64,000 nt of DNA from positions 64,001-128,000 of IMG/VR virus record IMGVR_UViG_3300029288_000001; one strand, 5' to 3'. A model generated the notes under the pieces. It was given only the letters and a program-made list of their open reading frames with translations. It ran no database searches and was not told the DNA's origin. How positions within the stretch are numbered: the first letter of the stretch is position 1; every line of letters starts with the position of its first letter. This document shows positions 1-10,424 of the stretch, one piece after another. Position numbers and translations under genes: made by a program. This DNA is from a virus. Taxonomy: Duplodnaviria > Caudoviricetes.

Positions 1-249
1 AAACAAGATCGGGCGATGGGACTCAAGATTCTGCTCGCATTCCCCACTAACTACGCGAATCGTTCCTTCTTTAGTCTTACCTAGAAATATACGAATCTTA
101 GTCGGTTTTACGTTAAAAAAAGAGTTTATCTTCATGTGCCCCTTCTCGTGGATATAGACGATTCTCATCTTATCGTGGAGCTTTTTTATTATGCTTAGAG
201 GTATTTTTACCTTTAACGGATTATTTATTTTATAGCTTTCTATTGTCAT
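1..249 (-). CDS. hypothetical protein, truncated by window edge
   Basis: ATG at 249 after an AT-rich promoter-like gap; frame stays open to position 1. Confidence 0.5.
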   Translation of the reverse strand, partial: MTIESYKINNPLKVKIPLSIIKKLHDKMRIVYIHEKGHMKINSFFNVKPTKIRIFLGKTKEGTIRVVSGECEQNLESHRPILF

Positions 250-304
250 GTTTAATCCTCTTACAGTATAATTTAAAAATATTAAAAAAAATAAGGTTTA
301 AAGG

Positions 305-496
305 TTATTTTTTATAGTTGGGAGTTACTTTACAGTGGATTATGTCGAATTCAAAACCGCAGTTATCGCACTTAACCCATTCTCTTACCGTAGCGTTACA
401 GATCTTAGACATGTCCGCTTGTATGTGCGGAACTTCTGCGCCACATTTTGGACACTCTACGCCACATTCTGGACCAGTCTCGATATCTGAGGTCAT
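305..496 (-). CDS. small zinc-ribbon protein
   Basis: CPKC...CDNC pairs; abuts the radA stop. Confidence 0.6.
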   Translation of the reverse strand: MTSDIETGPECGVECPKCGAEVPHIQADMSKICNATVREWVKCDNCGFEFDIIHCKVTPNYKK

Positions 497-1894
497 TTAT
501 TCTCCCCCGATTCCGTCTTCCGTCACGGTAAAGATCGCTTCTCCTTCTGGGAGACACGGCGAGTCTACGATCTTGGCGATCCTCTGCTCTCCTTTTCCTT
601 TCCTCAGATACACGCGCATAGTCGTGCCGTGGGCGACGATGTTCCCCCCTGCCGCTTGAATTGGATTTCCGTAGAATGTATCGGGCTTCGATTGAACCTG
701 ATTCGTAACGATGATCGCTAAGTCGGGATAAATGTCGCACAGTCTCAACAGATCGTGGATGTGGCTATTAAGGGTTTGTTGCCGATTCGCTAAGGTCCCT
801 CTCCCAACATACTCGCTTCTAAAGTGTCCTACGAGAGAATCTACGATCACGAGTTTTATGTTCCTCTCTTTCACAAAATTTTGGTTTAATAATTGTTTCG
901 CGAGGAGGATTTGGTGATCGCAGTTATACACGCGTCCATAAAGGATATTCTTTAACGCCTTATCGGGATCGATTCCTTTAGCTTTCGCCATGCTGATAAT
1001 ACGCTCGGGTCGAAAAGTTCCTTCTGTATCTAGATAAACGGCAGTGCCTCCTAGTCCACCGCTTTCCTTGGGTAGCTGGACGTTCACGCAGAGCTGATGG
1101 GCGATCTGTGTCTTTCCGGTTCTATATTCCCCAAAGAACTCGGTCATGCTTCCCGTTTCTATACCCCCTCCCAACAACTCGTCTAACTCGTGGGAGCTCG
1201 TGGTTATTCGCGCCATGTTCCTTCTATGTTCCCAGACTTCTGTTCCAGATTTGAAACATACGTTAGCTTTTTCCATCGCGTCTTTTATAATCTTCTCGGC
1301 GGTCTTTTCTCCCAGCCCGCTCTCTTCTTGGATGATCTTGGGAGGAGTCATGGCAATAGATTCGAAACTACTAAAACCTGCCTTCACGAGCTTCGTCGCG
1401 GTCGCTTTTCCTACGCCTTCGATTGTCATTATTAACGCTACGGCGTCCGCATCTGCGCCACTCATGTCTATCTTCTCGTCGTCGTCAGTATCCTTGTCCT
1501 TGTCTTTACTCTTGGATTTCGCCTTCGCCTTCTTGGTCTTAGTCTTAGTCTTGGGTTCTGCATCCTCGTTCTCGTCCTTACCTGCGAGATCGAACTCTTC
1601 TTCTTCTATTTCTTCTAAGAAATTAACATCTTCCTCAATAGGGGCGGGCTTCTCTTTCACCTCTTCTTCGAGACCGACCTTCTTGGGAGGATCCTCCTCG
1701 ACTACGAGTTCCATCTCTTCTACTACTATTTCTTTCTTCTCTTCTTCGTTGGTTTTTACTTCCATATTTTTATTCACTTCCGCGCCACCGACCCCTTCTG
1801 GGACTTCCTCCTTCGCGAACTTCAAATGCTCTTCGTAGATCTTTCCCTTCTGGTGGTTGTGGTGGCATTCCGTACAATAATATTCCTTTTCCAT
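497..1894 (-). CDS. radA: RadA/Rad51-family recombinase with long acidic N-terminal extension
   Basis: HhH (IEGVGKATA), LDELLGGGIETG, Walker A GEYRTGKT, YLDTEGTFRPER, Walker B VIVDS, EYVGRGTLANRQ, TNQV, DSPCLPEGEA. Confidence 0.95.
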   Translation of the reverse strand: MEKEYYCTECHHNHQKGKIYEEHLKFAKEEVPEGVGGAEVNKNMEVKTNEEEKKEIVVEEMELVVEEDPPKKVGLEEEVKEKPAPIEEDVNFLEEIEEEEFDLAGKDENEDAEPKTKTKTKKAKAKSKSKDKDKDTDDDEKIDMSGADADAVALIMTIEGVGKATATKLVKAGFSSFESIAMTPPKIIQEESGLGEKTAEKIIKDAMEKANVCFKSGTEVWEHRRNMARITTSSHELDELLGGGIETGSMTEFFGEYRTGKTQIAHQLCVNVQLPKESGGLGGTAVYLDTEGTFRPERIISMAKAKGIDPDKALKNILYGRVYNCDHQILLAKQLLNQNFVKERNIKLVIVDSLVGHFRSEYVGRGTLANRQQTLNSHIHDLLRLCDIYPDLAIIVTNQVQSKPDTFYGNPIQAAGGNIVAHGTTMRVYLRKGKGEQRIAKIVDSPCLPEGEAIFTVTEDGIGGE

Positions 1895-1984
1895 GGGTTA
1901 AATCTTCTTTTAAGTATAGTAACTATAATTTTTTTATATTTAAATAATTACTCTCTTGAAAAAAAATAAATTAATGATCGTTTT

Positions 1985-4442
1985 TTATTCTTCTTTTAAA
2001 TATTTTGGTGTCTTATACTCCGCGTATTTATCTAACCCTTTCTTGGGTATGAATTTATCTACGATCGGATAATGCTTGTGCTCTAAGATGTCTTTTACAT
2101 CGAAGTAATGAATAGTAATCTCGTTCTCGCGTTTTAACCGCGCTACCTCCGCTCTAAAATCCGCCGAGAATTCCGTCGCGATGAAGATCCCTTCCGTCTG
2201 CTTCTCTCTTAATAGAGTCCCGCTAAACGCGTCTAGATGAGCGCGCCCCGCCTTGAATTTCTTTACTTGGATAAGGCACTCCCCCAGATTGCCGTCTATG
2301 CCGCCGTCGGCGCCTCTATTGCCCGAGAAGCCTCCAAACTCGCGTATGACGAAGTTCTGGAACTCGTAGCCGTCAAGCTGGGCGATCTCCTCGGGGGTGA
2401 TGGGTAGTCCTTCTATGATATCGAACCTTACTTTAAGGCGCTTGGCGATCAACCTACACGCAGTAGGAGATACATCTATTCCGATCCATTGCCTGTTGAG
2501 TTTCTTCGCTACGGCGATCGTTGTGCCACAGTTCCCATTCAATATTACTTTTCCTTCTCTTCTTATAATGATTATATGGGAAGGAACTGTTACACAATAT
2601 ACATAGTCGTTCCAATCAATAATTTCTGCGTGTTTTAATGTAGACTCGGTTCGTTTAATCGTTCCGCTGATGCAATAACATATACTCTTCGACCAGAATA
2701 ATCGACCATCCTTTGACATTTTTTTCTCCGTTCGTGGTAGTCGTTTTGAAATCGTAACACATATACCAAGCTTAACCATTATTTCTGCTATGTTATCAAT
2801 TAATTGTTTTGAAATGCTATAGATCCGTATTCCATCTTCCCTTGTCATTCCATCTGATAAGATTAAGCCTTCTAATACATCTTGTAAGTATGGTTTATCG
2901 TAGTTTAGAACTTCTCTTGGTATCGTGCGTGTTGGTTGTTTGTGGCATTGTTTAAGATAAGTAAAGATCTCTTCGTTGTTAAAGGTATATCGTCCTTCAG
3001 TTTTCTTCCAAACTATGTTCATTTTGTTTAAGAAGTTTTTAATGTAACTATCGTTGTCTTTTATTTGGCGTATTCCTACACGATACCCCGTTGATGTTTT
3101 TCCTTCGTCAATATATCCATCACCTAGCCAGAATCCAAGGAACTTACACCATGCGTGTGGGTCTATGTTATTTGGTGGTTTCGGTATATTTCCAGAGCTA
3201 ATTCCATTGCAGTTTCTTTTAATTTTCGCTAGCCATTTTATGTCCTTAGCTTTGATAAAATCATAATCTGTATAATGAAATGTTGGGGCGGTCTTTCTCT
3301 CAGCCGCATACATGTTATGATCGGGCGTGACTAAAATGTCATACATTGTGGATTTCCAGTGATACATCTTTCCATTATGGATATATTTCTGTTTCGTTAT
3401 AGCATCTACATATTCAATGGTATTACCTTCTACTTGGGCGATCCTTTCGTTTTCTAGGTTCTTAAATTTTACCCATCCGTTCTCTGTTAATAACTCCGTT
3501 TCTCCATCGTAACATCCACAAAACGCGTCAAGGACGACATCGTTCTCGTTGGAACTGGTTTTGATTATACGTTCTAAGAGCGCTTCTGGCTTCTGTGTTG
3601 GATAACCAAGTCGTTCTTTTGATGACGGATGTAAATACATTCCATCCCATACATCTGAGCATGGTATATTAGCATCGAGATATTTTTTATAATTAGGTAA
3701 TCCTCCACTCGACCATTCGAACTCTCCACCATTCCTTACGAATTCGTCTATCTTATTTTGAGTCCATACCCAACCGTGTTTATTATCTAATTGAACTGTT
3801 TTGTCTTCCGTTGGGAAGTATCTACTTTGACCTTTTGAGACATCTACATAACTATTAGCTTTTATGATAGTTATACTTCTATAATATCCTTTGTTATCTT
3901 TTTTCTTGTATTGACCAGATAGATCTTTGGACTTTTCTTTTTGAATGTTAAATATATAATCGTCTGATTTGGTATAAATCAATATTACATCGTGGATTAC
4001 TCCAAATTTATTAGTGCCAGTTCCTTTAGCGTTCGTTCTCAACCAGCATATACGATTTAAAGGATCTCTATCGAATATTTGATCGCATAGAACTCTTAAA
4101 TACGCGTCCGCGTGCCAGTCGCAATGGAGATAGAAGCTTCCCGTTTTTTTAAGAACCCGATATATTTCCTTAATTCTCGGTTCCATCCACTCCAGATACA
4201 CGTTGATATCCTTCTTCGCCCGTCCGCTCCCGTTCTTGTTCTCGGTAATCCAACGGTCTCCAAACTGCCGTATTTCCGCGCCGTCGCCCCAAATGACCTC
4301 GTAGTTCTTGATCGCGAAGGATTAGTAAAATCTAATCGGTTTTCGTGAAGAACGGAGGGTCTATGTAGACGAGATCGACGGACTCGGATTCCAAGGTCTT
4401 GAGGACTTCTAAATTATCTCCACATATTATTCTTTCTATCAT
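1985..4442 (-). CDS. beta-class N6/N4 DNA methyltransferase fused to Mrr-like endonuclease domain; two exons (4442-4342 and 4310-1985) plus an intein
   Basis: Exon 1 reads MIERIICGDNLEVLK...VDLVYIDPPFF (motif IV). Exon 2 has KNYEVIWGD, GSFYLHCDWHA, YPTQKPEALLERII, motif I DAFCG/CGTT, WIGIDVS and C-terminal ADGGIDG...IQVK. Confidence 0.88.
2531..3514 (-). mobile_element. intein (328 aa) with LAGLIDADG homing endonuclease, inserted in methyltransferase motif I
   Basis: Starts CYDGETELLTENGW; block B VTPDHNMY; LAGLIDADG-like FLGFWLGDG and LEGLILSDG; ends VYCVTVPSH...LNGN followed by Cys+1; removal restores DAFCGCGTT. Confidence 0.93.
4311..4341 (-). other. 31-nt bulge-helix-bulge (archaeal tRNA-type) intron in the methyltransferase mRNA
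   Basis: Minus strand GTTCTT-CACG-AA^A-ACCGATTAG-ATTTTA-CTAATCCTT-CGCG-AT^C-AAGAAC; cleavage at the canonical bulge positions joins the frames to give DPPFFTNKNYEVIWGD. Confidence 0.78.
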
Positions 4443-5860
4443 TTTAATAACCTCTCTAAATATTCTGGATGATCCCTTTTCCATATTACGCCTTCTATTG
4501 AATATGGACTAATTCCTCTTTTTATAAGATCATCGTCTAATTTCTGAAAGATATTTTGTTTTCTTTTTCTTTTCTTCATTTCCTTAAACCTCTTTCTTGT
4601 TTTATGATCGTTTTAAACTATTTAAATAAAATTATTAATTAGAACTTACTTAGCGAAGGAGCAGATTCGTTAAATACTCCCATTCCTGTTTCTCTTCTTC
4701 CGTTACCTCTTCTTTCTTTAATACCAGCTTGGTGCGTAGGTAAATCCAACGATACGCGCGTTTCTTATCTATCCTTTTCGCGAGAATTTCTAACGCTTCT
4801 TCGCTTGGAAGACCTTTCTTTAACTTTTCAAAGTCTTCTAACGCTTCCATGAATTCTTTCACGGATTATCTCCTTCCAATTTCAAGAAATAAATACCTTC
4901 CTTCCCAATGTCATACCCCCGTATCCGATATTTCCGCTCGGGGTGGTTCTTGGTCGCGCGTTCAAGGCACGACTCGCAGAGCGCGATCACTTTAGAACCG
5001 CACCGCCAGCGCATTAATTCGCCTTTCGCGTCGTAGATGTCCACCGGGAGACCATCCTTGATACAGTCTTTTCCGCAGCACTTTACCACGTTATTTCTTC
5101 TCCAACTCCTTTTTATCGATTCCGCTTGCCAATTTATTAAAACACGCCCTACAAATTCGTTTCCCTTCGAACATAAACACTTGCCGTCGCTTCAATTTGG
5201 CAACGCACAACCCACAATACTTTTGTTTGGGTTCTCTTTTATAATCCGTTACTATTGGGCTCATGGTTCCTTTCTACCTCTCGGTCTCTTTTTTAATCCT
5301 CGTCGTCTTCTTCTTCTTCGTCGTCCTCGTCCTCGGTTATGGTGTCCATCGCCATTTCCCGTTCGTCTCTCGGAAGCTCGGATATCATGGACGCTCCCAG
5401 CATTCCAAACCACTCGCTATCGAGGACTACGGTGAGCTCGTTGTCTCCTTCCTTAATGCGGAAGTAATACTCACCTTCGTCGTTGTGACCTACAAGGTAA
5501 CGGATCTTCTTTCCTATATAATTTCTTTCTTCTTTCGTACCCTCCTTTTCGTAGCAGTCCCCGCACATTCCATGTTGTGTTATGGACTTTTTAATATCGC
5601 TAAAAAAAGACGAAGACACCACAATGGGAAGGATGGTTTCTCCTTCTTGAAAAGATATTGGCTCATTCATAGTATCAGACCATTTTCTTTTACATATTGG
5701 ACATTCTATATTCATATTTTTACACCTTTTTTATTCCGTAGTTCCCCGACTCGATCTGAGTCTAGGTTTAAAATAGGAAAAAAATGATTTGGTTTGGGTT
5801 TATATGTGTTTCGATTGAGGTAAAATTGTTCGTTTTCGTTCGTGATCGTCATAGAGCGGG

Positions 5861-6653
5861 CGCGGATCTTCTATGGTTTTCGGATTTAGATTGGCTCGCG
5901 TTAACAATCTGGTTTTCGAGCATTAAGTGGCTCGCGATTATATGATGGTTCTCGGACCCGTAGTGGCTCGCGCTTCGTTCATGGGTTACGGTTGTAAAGC
6001 GGCTTCGCGTATATAGAGTGGTTCTCGAACCTCTGGTGGCTCGCGTCCAAGTTTTGGTTTTCGATTAGAAAATGGCTCGCGTTTTGTTCTTGGGTTTCGA
6101 TCGTCTAATGGCTCGCGGTTTATCGGTGGGTTTCGAATGCTCTGTGGCTCGCGGTGCTAATATGGTTCTCGATTTTAGATTGACTCGCGGAAATATTGTG
6201 GTTTTCGGGGATATCATGACTCGCGGGCACATTGTGGGTTCCGAGATAGCTATGGCTCGCGTATATCCAATGGGTTTCGAGGTTTCTGAGGCTCGCGGGG
6301 TTCATATGGTTTTCGATTTTGTTGTGGCTCGCGTCTGCATTTTGGGTTGCGAAACGACCTTGGCTCGCGTAGTTAATGTGGGTTTCGAGGGTATCGTGAC
6401 TCGCGTTCTTATCTTGGCTCTCGAACTTTCTGTGGCTCGCGAAGGCGAGTTGGGTTTCGAATACCTTATGGCTCGCGTTCTTTATATAGGTTTCGAAAAG
6501 AAATTGGCTCGCGGTTATTGAATGGTTTCCGAATTTTATATGGCTCGCGACAAGGCACTGGGTCTCGAATTCTCATTGGCTCGCGTTATTGATGTGGGTT
6601 TCGAGAATATCATGGCTCGCGGTGATTTAATGGGTTTCGATCCAGTCTTGGCT
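5861..6653 (-). repeat. TIGR-type guide RNA array 1 (orphan), 22 units of 36 nt
   Basis: Plus strand TGGCTCGCG-N9-TGG(T/G)TTTCG-N9 repeated 22 times; minus-strand unit AGCCA-N9-CGAAA(A/C)CCA-N9-CGCG; variable 9-mers. Confidence 0.92.
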
Positions 6654-6948
6654 ATATAAACACCATTTCCTCCAGTCTCTCGTCCATCGACGGCGTGGTT
6701 CTCTCTACGACCTGGAGCGACATCGCTACGTAGCCTTCCGCTAAGAAAGCTTTATTGTCGAGAAGGTAGGTCACTTTACAGAGGAGCTCTCGCCCCATAT
6801 ACTTCTCGGTCGTAGGATTATAGTCCTTCAACCGCAGGTAGTCTCCCACTTTATAGTTACGATCGTTCTTTCTTATTTCGAACAACTTAACGCCGTTCCA
6901 CACGGGATTGAAATATTCTGTCCAGCACTTTAGATCGTGCGTAGTCAT
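6652..6948 (-). CDS. ASCH/PUA-like (DUF3850-type) protein
   Basis: HDLKCWTEYF...GVKLFEIRKNDRNYKVGDYLRLKDY signature. Confidence 0.8.
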   Translation of the reverse strand: MTTHDLKCWTEYFNPVWNGVKLFEIRKNDRNYKVGDYLRLKDYNPTTEKYMGRELLCKVTYLLDNKAFLAEGYVAMSLQVVERTTPSMDERLEEMVFI

Positions 6949-9900
6949 ATTTTATACTTCCTCCAATATACTTAATTCTTTTTCTATAGGAAGGTCGGGT
7001 AATTCCCCTTCCGTGATCTTAATTAACTCGGGATATAAAGACATCAACCGCATGAGCTCGTCTTCCGCGGCGTCTATGTCGCTCCAAGATTTGAGGCTCT
7101 TTAATCTTTCTTGCACGCGCCACCGAATTAACCCGAGAATTATCCAATGAAACACGCTCGCGCGTCGGACGAGCCGTATCCATAATTTCGTCTGATAATC
7201 CCAGCTATATTTAATAGCATACCATTTATTAGAAACTTTCGTTCTACGAGCGTCGTACCACGTAAATAGCGTTAAATACCGAGCTTGGAGCTTGTTATGA
7301 AGTCTATTTCGCCACAGATAGTATCTTTGTTTTATAGGACGCTTGATCGCCCGTTCGTAACACTTCTCGCACAGGAGCCTATCCCATTGATCGCCCGCAG
7401 TAAAACCTACTCTCGCGCGAAGGTCGGTAAGCGGTCTAGCGCATCGTCCACAATATTCCGTGCGATATACGCTTTCTTCTTTTTTCTTAACTTCAAAAAT
7501 AGGCGAAAACAGCCCTCCATCTTGAGGTATTTTATCAGCCAAGATTAGAGGTTTATCTTCTTCTTTTATAGCCTCTTCCTTGAATAATCTAGGATTCATG
7601 ATATAGGTTTGATCGTGTTTCCATTCAGCAGGATCGAACGGTTTGATGCTATTTAACGGTAATTCAACGAACTCAGAATCCTGTTTTTCTGTAGTAGTTA
7701 TTGGTATTCCACTGCCCGACACAACACCATAAGTGTATCCTTCGAACTCGTACACGACCTCTCCTTCGTGATAATCGCGGTCTAACCAATCGCATTCTTT
7801 CCGCGTAACTTCTCTCTTCACGATTAGTTTTCTTGGCATGTGTTTATTTCTCTCCTTATTTTGTTTTCTTCGTCATAAAATACGCTTCCGCAGTTTTTAT
7901 AAATGCGTCGAGCTGGGCGCTTATCCGATCTTTTAATTGGTCTACGAACTCCACTGCTTCCGCGTATGAATCGAAATCGTCGGGGGAAACATTGTTTTGA
8001 CAACAGCCGCAGCCGTCGTCGGAGACTTTAACCGAACCGTCGTAATCTATGCGCGGAAAAAACGTTCTTCCTTGACTTATCATCTTAGTTAGATAGCTCT
8101 TCATTTACTTTCCTCCAGAAATATTTTTTCTTGGATTAGATCGTCCAGAGCTTCGAACAGATTCTTAGCCTTTCTAAACCGTTCGATCGTGCCGTCCGTT
8201 AAGAAACAATGATCGTATTCGAGTGGGCGGACTCGTTCTTCTTCGTTCTCGTTTATCGTGATCTCGTCAGTGACATATAACTCCTCTTCGTTTCTATGCA
8301 CTAATCGTCTCGGCATTTACTTTCCTCCTTTTAATAGGTCCACGAGCGGAAATGTATCGAAGACCTTTAACCGATCTTGGTCCACGCGCACGCACATACT
8401 TCCTACATTGAAATAGAAGCGAAAACACTTCGAGGTCGCGTAGTACACTACTATGATCTTGCGGTGGAAATTGTTTAAAATATTACCGATCTTCTTCCGT
8501 TTGTTGCACGCTTTATACTTACGAACCTCGTAGGCTTGGCACGAGCTTCTCGCCTGCATATATTTTCCGATCGATATAGGGAATATGTAATATCTATATC
8601 TTGGTTCTTTTGATTTATACCAAGCTGGATGGAGATCGTACCACATCTTATCAACCACGTTGTCCGACAAATATATAGACAGAGCGTATTTCGCCTCTGT
8701 AAACATATCGAACAACGGATCTTGGCGAAGTCTTAATTGCCTCTCGTAACTAAGCTTAATATACTCCTTCCGTTCCTTTAACTTCTCCGCCCGTTTACTT
8801 ACCACCAACGCGGCGGCGTCCTTTTTCTTTTTTATTATTTCCTCGATTTCCTCTTTCGTTTTCATTTATTCCTCTTCCTCCTCTTCGTCTTCTTCGTTGC
8901 CTACGATCATGGTTAGAGCCATTAAGAACGTGTCGAGCTCGCCATCTCCCCCAAGTCCTTTATCGTCGCATTTGGAGCAGATCCCTCCGTCTATGTCTTC
9001 GTCCTCGTCCCCTAGATCGCCACAAAAAAGACACGCACCTTCGTCGGCGCGATTTATTAACTCTTTTATTTTATCTATTTTTTCGGTATCATTACTACTC
9101 ATTTTTTCTTCTCCTCCCACCAGTATCGACAGGTCTCGCACTGGTAAGTAGTCTTTTTCTGATCGTCTCGTAACTTTCTTATTCTTACGCTGAAACATTT
9201 ATGGCAGTTCCCTTTCAAAAACAACGCACCATCGTCAAGTCCACTACACTTCCATTCCACATACGCATAGAAACACCGTATCGCGTGGTATATAAACCAT
9301 ACTAAGGCACCTACGCATATAACGATTATTATACATAACATAATCCGTAGTTGTATCTAAAACTCTCGTTGTTTTTTAAAAAAAAATACAATTTAATTAA
9401 GTTTTTTTTCTATTTAAGCATTTTTATTCGTTTTAACAATCACTGTTATCGAACGAGAACTCTTTTCCACATTCTGGGCAGAAATGAAGCTCGTCCCAGT
9501 CCGTTACGGTGTATTCCATAGTAGCATAAGTTCTCGCGTTTTCGTATCTTGGATAGATCTTCATTCCTTTATAGTATAACCTTAAACCATTACTACCGTC
9601 TCGATGTGGGATAAAACCGTGCTTCCACGAGCTTATTAACGCGAACTTCGCGCCTTTAACCACGCTACATTCTTTCTTGTTTAAGAATAGTAATATCCTC
9701 AGCAGTTTTAACGAGCGCCTTTTAACCGCGATGTAAGGATACTCGGGACAGTAGAGCCCGTCGTAGTTCTTACAATGAGGACATCTATATTCCATATCTA
9801 CCATAGATTCCTTCTTTTCCAATCCTTCGTTAAACGGGTTATTTTCTGGGTTAAACTCGCAGGTCTTACACTCCTCGCATTGGTCGAAGGTATCTAAACA

Positions 9901-10424
9901 TATTATGTCGTTTCTATAAACACAATCGGTCATTTCCGCACCCCCGCCTCTTTTCTGCATTCCTCCATTGGGAATTTACACGAACCTTCGTAAGTACAAT
10001 GAGGTGTCCACATATTTCTTAGTTCGGGACACTCTAAATTGATTAGAATATTATCATAACCGTCTTCGTTGTTCGGATGGCTCACGGTGCGCCCACCTCC
10101 TCTTTAATCTCTTCTATTTCTGCCGTTACGGTTATTCTATATCGCTTATTATCTTCCATGAAATCCTCTAACTCAAACTTCCAGTAGTCAAGTTTCGAAG
10201 GAAAGGTTCGTGCGTGGTGTCTTCCGTATTTTTCCCTATTAAAAGTTCCTTCTACGGTCTTAGTATATTTCATTTCTTCTCGTCCCCGAGCTTCTTTAAT
10301 TTCAATAAAACATCGTCTAATTTCTCGTGAAGCTTCTTAATCTCCGCGTTCAGGTTAATGCTCACTAAATTAACCAAATCGTCCAATGCCGCTAATTTCT
10401 GCAAGATTACCTCATAGGTATCCA

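Noticed and set aside
4311-4341. Simple frameshift pseudogene or programmed ribosomal frameshift in the methyltransferase
   Set aside because: Extra sequence with an in-frame stop is present relative to the expected motif spacing, and BHB-rule excision restores it exactly. A pseudogene is not fully excluded without RNA data.
5861-6653. ORFs over the arrays (6072-6521, 6120-6305, 30204-30686, 30241-30507, 30511-30708, 31940-32227, 32166-32453) with 12-aa MAR...GF periodicity
   Set aside because: They are by-products of the 36-nt period; 1-nt indels break the frames and conservation is at nucleotide level
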